DNA of 63,413 bases, filler included, from Basidioascus undulatus (Eukaryota): NCBI GenBank assembly GCA_000826855.1. It is 16 parts of 16 records of this genome, joined end to end, with 100 filler letters (N's around TTAATTAATTAA, not from the genome) between each part and the next. Parts side by side here need not be neighbours in the genome. Positions count along the whole stretch, not along the records: positions 2,697 to 25,966 come from JTLS01000270.1; positions 26,067 to 28,661 come from JTLS01002700.1; positions 28,762 to 31,356 come from JTLS01002701.1; positions 31,457 to 34,048 come from JTLS01002702.1; positions 34,149 to 36,739 come from JTLS01002703.1; 11 more parts are not named here. One strand, written 5' to 3'. Position 1 is the stretch's first letter, and every line of letters starts with the position of its first letter. The notes below the pieces were generated by a model. That model had not been told where the DNA came from. It saw nothing but the letters and a program-made list of their open reading frames with translations, and did not search any database. A program made the translations under genes and the position numbers. Below, piece after piece: positions 22,254 to 34,442 of the stretch.

Positions 22254-23925
22254 ATGTTCTCCAAGTCGACTGCGACGGCTTCCCTCGCCCTGGCGGCGCT
22301 CATTCCCCTCGTGTACGCGCACGGCATCGTGACCAGTGCGCTCCTCTATTTCCTTCTCACTCTGGAACGGTCGTTGAAGTGTCTGGGGTGTGGCATCTTT
22401 GCAGAGATCGACGTCGGCTCGACCGAGCACATTGGGCCCAGCGTCGGCTCAGGCTCGCCCAAAGCAAACATCCAACAAGTCTCGTCTACGTCGGCCATCA
22501 CGAACGTGAACGACCCCAACCTGGCTTGCGGGTGGAACGCGCAGGTCGCATTGGAATCGCCCACGGTGTGAGTCTATCTCCTCAATTCCCCTCCCTCCTC
22601 TTCCCCTGACCCTTTGCCCGTTGCCCGCGCTTCGGTTATTTCTGACGTCTACATGCTTGCAGCGCTGCCGGCTCGACGCTCGACTTCTATTGGGGCACCG
22701 GCTACGGCGGCAACTGGGTGGGTTCACGCTCCAACGTCCTCTTCATCGACCCTTATCACTTACCGCTCTGCTTCCCTTGCGCAGTTCCACCTCGTCGGGC
22801 CCGTCCAGACGTACATGGCCAACTGCAACGGCGACTGCTCGAAGTTCGACCCCACGCAGGGCAAGTGGTTCAAGATCGACATCAAGGGGTACGATACTGC
22901 GACTGGGAAGTGGTGGCAGGCTGCCATGGGTTCGTCGTCCTCGACACAATATCCTCGGACCACTTCTCGTACTGACGTACACTGGTCGTACAGCGACCGG
23001 CGCCCCTCTGGCTGCTACCATTCCGGCGGACCTTGCTGTGCGTTCCCCTCTTGATAAATACGCGCAGTGGACAGCCTCGCTCATCTTGATCTTGCGTTCT
23101 CTACAGCCCGGCCAATACCTGTTCGTCACCAACTTGCCACGAAACATCGACGGGTCTGTTACTTATCATACCGCCTTCCCTTTTCAGCATCCGGCACGAG
23201 ATTCTCGCGCTTCAAAACGCCATCGCGGCTGGGGGCACCGAGTTCTACCCGTCCTGCTCTCAGTGCGTCTCCTGTTCGACCTCATACGCCTCTCCTCCCA
23301 ATCTGACGCGCTCCCCCTCCGCAAAGATGGACTGTCACCGGCTCCGGCAACGCAGTCCCATCCAACACGATCTCCCTCCCCGGCGGATACTCCGCCAACG
23401 ACCCGGGCATCGTTGTGCCTGACGTGAGTATTTGCTGCGCTGCCGGCCAACCAGTGCTGACCCACGTCTCAACTCTCGAATGCAGATCTACAACGGCATT
23501 GGACCGCGCTACGCCGCCCCGGGACCGGCGGTGGGTGCTCAGTGCCACCGTTCGGATGAGCCCAGAAACTGAAGCGTCGGATGTAACAGGTCTACGTCGC
23601 CGGCAGCTCACCCTCCGTGCCCTCGTCGTCGTCGTCCGATGTCGCTCCTACGCCTTCCTCCTCGTCCGTCGCTGCTCCCACGAGCACCACCTCCACGTCT
23701 ACGTCTACGTCCACGACTCCCGCCGCCCCGACTTCGACGAGCTCGCCCACCCCCGCACCGTCCCCCATAATGAGCAGCACGACACCCGCCTCCTCCTCTT
23801 CGTCGTCTGCACCGGCGCCCAGCTCGACCTCCATGCCCGGCGGGTGCTCTGGCCGCCGCCGGCGGATGGTCAAGCGCGTGCGCGCATCGTACCCCAAGCG
23901 CAGCGGCTCGGGTATTCCTGCATAA
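22254..23925 (+). CDS. AA9 (GH61) lytic polysaccharide monooxygenase, secreted, with S/T-rich tail
   Basis: Signal peptide ending VYA followed by His1 (HGIV); LACG; WFHLVGPVQTYMANC; WFKID; TIPADLAPGQYLIRHEILALQ; EFYPSCSQ; SLPGGYSANDPGI. Confidence 0.93.
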
Positions 23926-24501
23926 TCTGTATGAGCCGTGCGTCTTCCGCTTTGCATCGTCCAAGGTCAGCCGTACAGCAGCGCTGACGACAGTTTCAGG
24001 CAGAATCGGACAAAATGGATCGGAACACGTTCCCCTTGCATCCTTTAGACACCATTCTTTATTACTCTTACATTCTACCCTGCCTGGCGCAGTCCCTTTC
24101 TACTTGTTACCACAGCTCGTCAGCCTATTATACCGGAGATTCCGTCCGTCTCGCATGTATGCTTTGCCGAGTAGCATTCTCGCACGCGCGACAGTCAGTC
24201 GAGGTGTGTTTCGAAGCAGGGGCGAAAGAAAGAGCCGTGAATGGGACAGGTATCAGGGCACGGCGGTACATTGAGGTATAGAGTGGATATCGTGCAGCGC
24301 ACTGCGCGAATAAGCAGGGAACGTGTGATGGGGTATGAGAAGGAGCGAGAGTGATGTGTAGAACGTGGTATGGGGCATGGGGTATCGGAAGAACAAAAGG
24401 GAAGACATCAGTCGATCTCGCAACAACAACTATGCAGTCAACAGCGCGCGTGACACGCCCACAAAGCACCGAGCCCTCCCGCCCGGGGTTGATAGGCGAG
24501 T

Positions 24502-25945
24502 CTAAACCGATACCTGGCGCACCGGCGCGAGCGCAGGCACCTTGCTGAAGCTCGTGCCGCTCGCCGAGCGCCCGTGGCCGCCCGTGTTGGAGTTCCCGCT
24601 GCGGCGGCGCGAGAGCGACGTCACGCGGCTGAGCACCCCGCCCGAGGGCGCGTCGACCATCGATACGGCGATGGACTGGCGTTGAATGGCGCGGTGGGCC
24701 TTGCGTGGGGAGGGAAGAAGCAAGCGCGGAGCGCTTTAGCTTGAGGGGAGATGGGAGTGCGGAGCGAGAGATGAAGAGAAAGAGAGCAAGGACTCACATC
24801 GCGTTCGTGCTTGGCGAGAACCGTCCGGTGGTACTCTCCGATCGTGTCCGACAGCGCGGCTTGGTTCGTGATCCGCTCGTGGTGAAGCATCTGCGGGATA
24901 CATCCACCCTGCGATGAGCGACCGGTCTTTCATCCCGGAGCCGCAGTCATAAGTAGGCGAGACCGACGCACCTCAACCGTAGCCACTGCCTCCTGCTTTC
25001 CCCTGCGGGTGCCCTCCAGCGGGCCCCGCGCACGTTCCAGCGCCGCAGCGGCGCGGAGCTCGTTCCGTCTCGCGCCCTCCAGCTGTGCGCGCACCTTGTC
25101 GAGAGCGGCTTGCGCCGAGCGCACGTTGCGCTCTTGCTTCGATGCGCGGTCGAAGGAGGACTCGACGTTCTTGACTGTTGCGCGCGTGAGGGTTGACAGG
25201 AGCTTGAGGAACTTCTCGTCGGGCGCTGGAGGAGGATTCGTGGGTCGGGGAGAGAGAGCGGAACGGAGCGTGCACGATGTAAGCTAGAGTCGGGGGAGGA
25301 CACATGGGGGGAGAACACATGGGGGGGGAGAAGGAGGAAGGACGTACGAGGTGCGGGAGGCACGCAGGGAGATCGCGGGGGAACGGCTGGTGCAGCACAG
25401 GCGTCGGCCAGAGACGTGAGCGGAAGCGGATGGTCCGGCGAGAGCTGCGCAGGAGACGCAGCGGGCTCCAGGGGCGGCGAAGCGTTCCCGTCAGTAGATG
25501 CGACATGCTGGCGCACGTCGACGATGGCGTGGTCGGATCGGGGCGGCAGGGGCGGGACGCCGCTCCCGTGGGCGGCGCCGAGGACGCTCGGACTGTAGAT
25601 CTCGCTGCTGGGCGGAGGAGCGGGCGTCTGGGTCGCGACCCACTTTACGACCCTCTCCGGCGGGTGCGGGACTGGCTGAGGCTCCACGCACTCGTCGCCT
25701 GGGGCCGAGTAGAACGACTCGACCGCGCTCGCAGGCTGGTGCGGGCTCGGGATGCGCTGGAGGTGCTGGAGCGGTTGCGGAGGCGGGCCGAGGTCGGACG
25801 GAGGGGACTCTCCGGCCGGGGTGGAGAAGACGCCTTGGAGGGCCGGATCGACCGCCCGACGCGGGGGCGCGACAGGCGGTGAAAGTCGCGCGTGCTCGAT
25901 GTGCTCGACGCGCATGATGGGGATGCGCTCGATCGTGGACGTCAT
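24502..25945 (-). CDS. Hypothetical Pro-rich/coiled-coil protein (may extend beyond contig end)
   Basis: Long coding-like exons with canonical introns. Coiled-coil segment RSAQAALDKVRAQLEGARRNELRAAAALERAR. Confidence 0.55.
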
Positions 25946-26066
25946 GTCCGTCCCCGTCGGCGCACCNNNNNNNNNNNNNNNNNNNNNNNNNNNNNNNNNN
26001 NNNNNNNNNNTTAATTAATTAANNNNNNNNNNNNNNNNNNNNNNNNNNNNNNNNNNNNNNNNNNNN

Positions 26067-26162
26067 GGAAGGAGGAGGAGGAGGGGGAGGGGGACGGACG
26101 GAGAGGAATTGGGTGTAGATTTGCTGGAGCTTGGAGAGACGTAAGGGGCGCGGAGCGGCCAT
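26067..26162 (-). CDS. 5' fragment of an unidentified gene
   Basis: ATG (MAAPRPLRLSKLQQIYTQFLS) after a pyrimidine-rich leader, then a GTCCGT donor. Truncated by the contig end. Confidence 0.35.
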
Positions 26163-27316
26163 TATTCGGGGAGTGGGGAGGAGGAGGAGGAGGGAAAGGG
26201 CGCGAGTTGAAGAGAGGAAAGGAGAAAGAGAGGAAAGGAAAGCCGGCGGCAGGCAGCAAGGACACGCTGGATGGCTGAGCGTGGGAGTTCTGTCTGGCTG
26301 ACATCGACAATAGGGAGTCGCAGGCTGACAGCGACAGCTGGACAATACTCAGGGCCACCACACCTGCGACACACCTGTTCGAAGCCAATTGTTCTTGTCT
26401 ATACGAATTCCCCGCATGATTCCTCCTTCCCAGGTTCTGCTTCGACATGGAGCAAGAGGGTAGGGAAAAGTGCGGAAGTATCAACGGAAAGATACCGCCT
26501 GTGTCACCCCCAGTTTGACCCGCTGTCCGTATTTGGCCTGGCCGGTCCCGCATAAGCAACCAAATGCATTATTTACCTGGCCGGTCTGACTGAGACTTAC
26601 TGGGGTTGTCCTAGCGGACAACGCGCGCGGGCGGGCGGCATGCGAATGCTGCCCATGGCCTCCCCATCGCATACTGGCCATGGAATGCCAGGCAGGAAGG
26701 CTCTGAAAGAGCGGGGCTCTGCCAAAAGAGGTGGGGCTGCCGCTTTTGTTTGGCTGCCCGAGTACAGTAGTGAGTGAATTCATTGTATTACGCAGCGTAC
26801 GTGAATGGTTTGCAGTTGACCCGGCGGTCTGTGAAAACTACGCGTAGATCGCAAACCTCGTCGTGAGGTTTTTCTTTGCATTACTTTTACAGCTTGGAAG
26901 CACACCCAGAACTTACCTGGGAGAATAAAATCGCTGCCAGGAGTCAAAGCCGGGTCTGCAGGCGACGTGGCAGGCTGCCACTGTCTGGCCGCATCTCATC
27001 TTCCGTGAGCGTTTAACCATCCGGAAAGCACACCTGACCTCTATTATAACAGCCTTTTCTCCCTTTCAATCTCACCTTTTTCCGTTTGCTCAATCCCTTC
27101 GACCCCGGCAAGGTTCACTATTGTTTATGGCCATTTGACATTGCCTGCGCGTTGTCCTAGCAGATCTGCCTGGTTTTTTGGAGTATTTGTGGGTTTGCCG
27201 GGAGTTTGTTGTGTGACGGCCCATTTGAAGATTCTACCGTGGCTGGGCAGGAACGGGGCAAGAGGGAGAGAGGCAGAAAGCCAGGTCGGAAAAGAACGGC
27301 AAGAGCCAGATAACAA

Positions 27317-27395
27317 GGCAAGATAGGAAAGTGGTCAAATCCGCTAGCTTCAGGTGCTAGTCTTCGGTTCGTGGGTTCGAATCCCACTCTTGTCA
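27317..27395 (+). tRNA. tRNA-Leu(CAG), intronless, 79 nt
   Basis: Acceptor GGCAAGA/TCTTGTC with discriminator A; anticodon stem CTAGC/GCTAG with loop TTCAGGT; T arm GTGGG-TTCGAAT-CCCAC. Confidence 0.93.
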
Positions 27396-27685
27396 ACCTT
27401 TGGCCATTCCTTTTGCTCCTCCACCCCCTATTACATCCCGCGCGATGCTCTTGGACCATACTTGAATCGGTGGACTAATAACGCAATAAGCTCACACTGA
27501 TAACCGAACTAATAGTCTTACATGCGCGAATAATAACCGCCCGCCGGCCGTGCCGAGACGGGCCGCTGCGCCGCCCACGATTGTTGGTTGATTTGCCCCT
27601 GGGCCCGCTCCTCCCGCCTTCCCTTGCTCCTCCCCTCCTCCTCCCCTCCACCGCACCCTCATCACCTCCTCCTCGTCCCGGAGCA

Positions 27686-28661
27686 ATGTCCTCCGCGCCG
27701 TCCTCCCCTCAGCCGGCATCTTCCTCCCGATCCCGCTCGCACTCCCCCGCGCCAACATCCCTGTGCACCGCGTCGCCCTCCATCCAGCAGTCGCAGCAGC
27801 GGCGGAACCGGTCTGGGACTGTCGGGACGGGCGGGGTGAGCGAGGGCGGGTCGACGCGGCGGAAGCGGGGGACAAGGGAGAGAAGGAATCTGGTCATCTT
27901 CGTTCCGCGTAAGTGGTCATCGTGTCCACAGTCATCTCGCTTGGGCTCGGCTGACCAGGACACAACAGCATGGGCGACGGACGACCCGCCCTCGCCCACG
28001 GCGGAGGACTTCCCCGCCCCCATCTCCACCTCCGCGACCGTCAACACCGCGAGCGGTGTGCCGCTCTACCAGTCCTCCACCACCTCCGACGCCCCTCCGC
28101 CCATCTCGGACGAGCCTACAAAGTGGTGGACGCTTACCCTCCCCGCAAAGTACCGCGAGCGCCTCGCGGCGCACCACCAGGCGCAGCTGTCCTCATCTTC
28201 CGCGTCCTCTTCCCCCACTTACCCCAAAGGGAAAGAGCGCGATAGGGAGAAGTCGTCGAGCGATGCAGCGGAGAGGGGCGAGGCGGGTGCGGGAGGTAGG
28301 GCGGAGGGAGGGTGGGACTTTGGAGGGAAGGAGATACCTCCTGGGCTGGGGATTGGCATTGAGGATGCGGATGGAGAGCTCCCGCCGCCACCGAGGATGG
28401 CGATAAGGGCGGAGATACCCACGTCGGCGTTTGTCACGCACCATGCGCAGTGCGTTTCCTTTCCTTTCACTCTCTTTCCTCCCCCTCTATATCCCCCCTC
28501 CATCTGCCTCCTCTTTACCTCCTCGTCCCATCCCTCCTCCCCATCTCTCCTCCCTCTCCCCCACCTACACTTCTTGCCCTTTCCCCTCCGCCTCCATCCC
28601 CTTCTCCCCCCATCCACATCGAATCCAAGATGGACCGGTACTTCGATCCCGACTACGACCC
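27686..28661 (+). CDS. 5' part of hypothetical low-complexity protein
   Basis: Long open frame from ATG 27686 (MSSAPSSPQP...EPTKWWTLTLPAKYRERL...), with probable introns. Truncated at the contig end. Confidence 0.5.
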
Positions 28662-29403
28662 NNNNNNNNNNNNNNNNNNNNNNNNNNNNNNNNNNNNNNN
28701 NNNNNTTAATTAATTAANNNNNNNNNNNNNNNNNNNNNNNNNNNNNNNNNNNNNNNNNNNNTTCTCGTCGTCGCTCTTGTCGCTGTCGTGTTCGTGCTTC
28801 TCCTCCTATTGGGAAGGGGGTACGGGCGAATGAGGGGGTACGGGCGAATGCGGGGGTGAGGAGTGGGGTGGTGCGAATGCTGCTGGTGGTGATGAGGGTT
28901 CGACGATAAGCGAGTGTGCTGCGTGCCAATCGAGTCAATTGCAGGCGAGCAGGCATCCAAACAGTCGGCGAACAACCGGAGCGTCTTCCGGCGCCAAAAA
29001 GCACCGACATCGTCAGTTGGAGCGACCACGCTTTCGGCAGACATACATTTCGACAAACCGATAGGCAGCCGCTGCGCCTGGCGATCACTCACTCACCTAC
29101 TTTCACGCAGTTGCCTGCTTCGCATTTCGAAATGAACCCTGTGCTGTCCATGACACCTGGTTGATGCAATGGAAGGAAGCGGAGCAGGACCGCGCTGTTA
29201 AAGGCCGCTCATCTCCGAGTGACACCAACTGGAAAGCGAGCGCATCGGGAGACCGCACGCATGTCAATCAAGTCATTTCTTACGTTTCATGCAATGCAGT
29301 GTAGGTAGAATAACGAAGAACGAAGAGAAGCGCCAGAGCAGGACAGAAGAAGTGTAAGAAATAACAGGTAGCGTCCATCGCAACGTCCCTCCCGGTCGTC
29401 TGT

Positions 29404-30973
29404 CTACTGCAACAGCTTCTCGAGCTCCTCCCAGCTCTCGACGTTCCCACCCTTCACGACCTTCTTCCCCTTGACCTTCTCCAACCCCTCGCCATCGTAA
29501 CTCACGGTCGGGGCGAGCTCGAGCTCGACGCCCTCCGCGACCTGCCCGCCAGCCGCCTCGACCCACCGCTTCGCCTGCGCCAGCACGTCGCGCCTGCTCG
29601 TCTGGGGGTCGTCCGCGCCCGTGTCCGTGGCGTTCTTGAGCGGGCTGAACTCGTCCGCGCGCGCGACCTCGAAGATGCTGAGCGACGTGAAGGGGAAGAC
29701 GTCGAAAATGAAGAGCTCAAGCTTCAAGCCGTTCGGGGACGAGGGCTTGATGAGGGAGCCAGTGGAGAGGTCCACGGTGGGGATCTTCTTGCGCGCGACG
29801 TGGTACGCCATCTGGTGCTCGAAGGTGGACACGCGCTGCAGGAACTCGACAGTGTAGAAGTGGTTCGCGATGTTGGCCGCGCGGAAGGCGAGCTCGCCCG
29901 AGGGCTCGCGCTGCTCCGCGAGCGCCGCGGGGAGCTCAGAGTATTCGATGACCGTGTACTTGTCTGCGCGGAGGGCGACAACGCCAACGGACTCAGTGGG
30001 GTTCGCTTTGCGCACGACCTTGGCGCCGCAGGACGCGCCGGCGAGTATGGAGTACCCGAGGAAGACGGGGTCCGCCACGCGGCAGAGCGAGTTGTCCACG
30101 CAGTAGGCGTGCACGGACGTGATCCCCCGCTGGGTGAGGAGGTCGAGCGGCGTGGTCGGGGAGGAGGCGGAGATGGGGGAGCGCAAGGCAGAGTAGACAC
30201 CGCCGTTCCCGTCGGGGGCGACGGCGACGGAGGAGGGCGTGGAGAGCAGGACCTTGCCATCTTCGGTGAGGCAGGGAAGGGTGCCTGAGGGACCATGAGA
30301 CAGTGTGAGTTGAAATAGGCGAGGAAACGAAAGGCACCGGGAGGAGGTGGGAATGGAAAGACAAGGGAGAACGCAACGCACCCTGCTGGAAGAACACGAC
30401 GTCGTCCTTCCTGAGCCCAAAGTAGTTCTTGCTCTCAAAGAAGCTCTGCGTCGCCGCGTGCGTCGGCCCGCTGGTCATGACGAGCCAGAGCAGCCTGACG
30501 TCCTCCCTCTTCTTTCCCTCCTGCTCGGCCGCAAGGCGCTGGACCTTGTCGATCCGCTCCGCCTGCATCTGGAAGAGGCTCTTGCCGCTCGGTAGGCCGA
30601 CGTCGTACATGCCCTTGGGGTCGGAGGAGCCCAGGCGCGTGCCCTGCCCGCCAGCCATGAGGAGGACGCCGACCTTGCCCTCCGCGATGGCCTTGAGCCC
30701 CACGCGGCGCCAGGCGGCGACGTCCTCCTTCGGCGCGGAGAGGGTGGAGGCAAAGGCGGAGACGGGCGGGGGCGCGATAGAGGTGGAGAGGGGCGTCTTT
30801 TCGGCCGCGAGGGCGAGGGCGTGGATGGATGCGATGCGGGGGAAGTCGAGCGAGTCAAGCTGGGCGTGGAGCGAGGCCTGCTGCGGCGCGGGGAGGGTAT
30901 CGTAGAAGGTGAGCAGGTGCGACTGGTTCGCTGCGGCGAGCTTGGCCTTGATCGATTCGAGCGTGAGGGACAT
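29404..30973 (-). CDS. UAP1: UDP-N-acetylglucosamine pyrophosphorylase, 2 exons
   Basis: VLLMAGGQGTRLGSSDPKGMYDVGLPSGKSLFQMQAERI; FFQQG|TLPC; APDGNGG; YCVDN; IEYSE; NIANH; KLELFIFDVFPF; EFSPLKNA. Confidence 0.97.
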
Positions 30974-32090
30974 CGTGGTCGTTGGTAAGGATGACTGAGG
31001 GAAGAGAAGAGTGGAGAGGTCGATGGGCGGTTTAAAGCGAGCGAGGGAGGGCTGCGCTGGCGAAAGGGAAGACACGGTCAGACAGGGGTGCTGTGGTCCC
31101 CGCTCGCACCCCTCATTAACCCAGTACTCACGCACTCTATCAAATATTTGAATGGCTGCTTGTGCAGTGTGTTTGGCTAGTAAATTGATCTGGGGAAGAG
31201 GAGAATTAGGTGCGCTGGCAAGGAGGAAGACGTCTGCCTTTGCACATTCACCGTCCCAAATCAAAATCACGTGCATTCTCGCTACCCGGTATCGCCAATC
31301 AACCGTGCCCGCCTTCCCCTCTCTTTCCCCGGGGCCGCTCGCGCGCAGGCTGGAGGNNNNNNNNNNNNNNNNNNNNNNNNNNNNNNNNNNNNNNNNNNNN
31401 TTAATTAATTAANNNNNNNNNNNNNNNNNNNNNNNNNNNNNNNNNNNNNNNNNNNNGCGGGGTGAGGGAGGGATTGTCTTTTTCCATGTAGCTGTTCTTG
31501 TGTTGCTCTTACTCTAAGATCTGATGTCTACTGCCGGATGCGACCGAGTGCGCAATGCGCTGTGTTGGAAACCATTGCCTCGCGCTCGGCGACTTCCTCA
31601 AGCGCAAAGCGGCAGAGCACGCCTGCGGTGTTCTTCCCACGTGACTCTCTGAAGTACTCTTCCAAGGTCTCAACAAGGGTGAAACGTCCCAAGGTTTCGC
31701 TAGGTAAGAGACCGGTAGCGTAGAGTAGCCGGAGATTGTACGCTCAAGCAGCGCCTTGCGAGACTGCGGTGCCGGTTCAATATGGCCATGCCAGCTGTTC
31801 CATTATCGTCTCTTGTTCTCAGACATCAGCTTTGTATTGATGTATCCACGACCCGGGAAGGTTGTTCGATCCGCCAACAACCAATCCCATGATAGCGAAC
31901 ACGCCGACCGACTTGGATCGACGAACCTAGACTGTGCACAGAACCCGCCTAAATTGCGCGCATCGTTATCAAGAAAATAGGAAGCATGATCCTAGCGATG
32001 TTATTATGATTATTTGCCAATAAAGCGAACATGAGCAAAAAGAGAAAGAGCAAGGAGCATAAAGAAGAAACCGTCCGCGCATCCAATCGC

Positions 32091-34048
32091 CTACACCTCC
32101 CCGCCCCTCGAAAGCGCCTCAGCGAGGCTCAAGTCGAGTGCAAGCTTGAGGGCCTCGTCCATCTCGTCCTCCTCACGCTCCACTCTTCCCCTGGGCATCC
32201 CCGCCGCAGCAGCCGCCATCGCCGAAGTGCGTTCCGCGGACCCGGACGCGCTGGCCGACGCGCGCCTCGCGGCCTCCCCCCAGGCCATCATCCGCCCCGG
32301 CGAGGCCGCGGGGGGGGTTCCGCGGCCGACGACGGGCCAGGCCGCGTCGCCGAGGTCGATGGGCGGGATGGACGACCCGCGGTCGAGCGAGGAGCCGTAG
32401 ATCTGCGGGCTCGCGCGGGGAGACAGCTGGACCTTTGCGTTTGAGGCGAGCGCGCGGAAGGTTGCGGGCGGGGAGGCGAGCCACTGCGCTGCGGGGGAGG
32501 GGGACGACGGCGACGGCGACGGCCGCGGAGAGGTGAGCGCTGAGGAGTAGGGCGAGCTAGGTGCGTCGGCCTCGTCGTCCTCGTCGAAGGCGAACGTGAA
32601 TGAGTCGTCCGCGCCTGCGCCCGTCTCGGCGCGCTCCCGCTCTTCCGCCAGCCGGATCTCTTCCAGCATCTCGCGCAGCTCCGCGTCCTCGGCCGACTCG
32701 GCGCGCGGAGCCGTCCCGGGCCCCGACCCAATGCTGGCGGCGCGTCGCCGCTCTTCCTCCTCGTCGCGGCTGATCATCATCACGTCTGGAACAACCCACG
32801 CGCGTCAGCATCACCACACGTGGTCAAATTGAGGATGGAAGCCGTGAAGGTAGAAGAGTGGAGGGGAAGGGGAAGCGAGGGCGGAGGTGATAAGGAAGAT
32901 GGACGCACATTCCAGCGCGTCCGCCTCGCTCAGGCCCATCTCCTCCAGGTGCGCGGCCGTCCGGCGCGCAAGCTGCAGGCGGCTCGTCGAGCGCGCAAAC
33001 TCGTCATCGAGCTCAAGCTGCGAGTCGCGGATCTCCTGCTTGAGGGAAGCAGCTTCTGAAAACCATCCGCATCATCGTCAGATTCAGGCCCGTCAAACAG
33101 ACAAAAAGAAGGCAAGAACGACGGGAATGAGGACGAGAAACGCACGGTAGTACTTCCCCCCCTGTCCCCCTCCTCTCGCACTCCCATTCCCCTTCCATCC
33201 CCTCCCCTTCCCCTTGAGCTCCCGCACGTCGCCCGCCTTCCACGCGACGACCTTGCTTCCCACGGCCGCCACGAGCGCTTGCTCGTCCGCGACGATCTGC
33301 GCGACGGCCCAGGCCTCGGCGTCCTCCGCACGCGCGTCCGCGGACGCGAGGTACCGCGAGAGATGCCGCTGCGAGGAGTTGTGGTTGAACGTCCGGATTA
33401 GGGTGCTGGTGAGGGGGTCGTGCGCTAGGAGGAGACCGTCGGCACTGGGTGATCATTGGGCGCTGTCAGTTTTCCTTCGGGCGGGTGCGAGGGGAATACG
33501 GGGAGGACGGCGTGCGAGAGTGGAAGGAAGGAGAGAAGATATACCTCCCGGTGAGGATCAGCAACGGCGTGACAGCCACCGCAGTGATCCGGCTCTGATG
33601 TCCATCCAGCACCCGCACAGGATCGATCTCCCCCTCCCCCTCGGCCACCGCATCCCAGTCCCAAACGCACGTCCGTCCCACCGCATCGCCGCCCACAACC
33701 CACCGGCCCGGGCGGAGCGCGCGCCCCGCCGGGCCGGGCTCAGCGAGGGGCGTGAGGGGGATGCCTTCGAGGGGGGTGGACGTGCCCGAGGTGCGGGAGG
33801 AAGAAGACGAGGGGGACGGCGGGTCGAACAAGGTAGAGAAGCAGGTGAGCTCCGCGAGTGGACCTCGGCCGAAGAGCGTCGTGTGCTTTCCGTCGGGCGA
33901 GACGCGAGAGAAGGACGCGTGCGTCTTGCGGTGGACAAGGAGCGTCGGGCGCGGGTCGTCCGGCGCGCTGTTGTGAGGGTCGAGCGCGACGTACGACACC
34001 GGCACCTCCTCTTCCGAGGAGGGCGCGGGGATCGTCATGCTGTGCGTG
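32091..34048 (-). CDS. 3' part of WD40-repeat protein with C-terminal ubiquitin-interacting motif
   Basis: VVGGDAVGRTCVWDW; VLDGHQSRITAVAVTPLLILTGSADG (WD40); C-terminal EEDEMDEALKLALDLSLAE (UIM). Confidence 0.75.
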
Positions 34049-34148
34049 NNNNNNNNNNNNNNNNNNNNNNNNNNNNNNNNNNNNNNNNNNNNTTAATTAA
34101 TTAANNNNNNNNNNNNNNNNNNNNNNNNNNNNNNNNNNNNNNNNNNNN

Positions 34149-34442
34149 TAGGGGAGGTAGGTGAATAGCGAGGGGTGGGGGATTGTCGTGGCGAGGTAGT
34201 CGGGGAGGTGGACCGAGGGCTGCGGGGAGGGAGTCAGTTTGCTACGGAAGAGGGAGGCGGGGAGGAGGAGGATGAAGACGCACAATGAACGGCACCAGCC
34301 GGACTTTGTCAGACTCCAGCACCTCTGGCACGTCCCACACGAAGTTGAGATCCAGCTCCTCAGGCGCGGCGCGTAGGATGGCGTCTGCGTCGACGGGCGA
34401 TTCGGCGGGAGGGGTGTAGGTGTTTAGGTATTTAGGAGACAT
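34149..34442 (-). CDS. 5' part of probable GNAT (RimJ/RimL-like) acetyltransferase
   Basis: DLNFVWDVPEVLESDKVRLVPFI|PSVHL...HPSLFTYLP resembles the N-terminus of fungal Acetyltransf_3 proteins. Confidence 0.6.

Noticed and set aside
26910..26925. ACTTACCTGG as the 5' end of U1 snRNA
   Set aside because: I found no downstream stem-loop I (GATCA) loop, ATTGCAC loop II or Sm site at the expected spacing. It is kept only as part of the structured-region finding.
27317..27395. CUG codon reassignment via the CAG tRNA
   Set aside because: CTG occupies conserved Leu positions, e.g. AAG CTG CTG TAC (KLLY) in gamma-adaptin and LLLQEGH in Prp4. The tRNA has A73, G37 and T33.
28816..28851. Short direct repeat GGGGTACGGGCGAATG x2
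   Set aside because: Only two copies near a contig end, consistent with a local slippage duplication; no spacer array.
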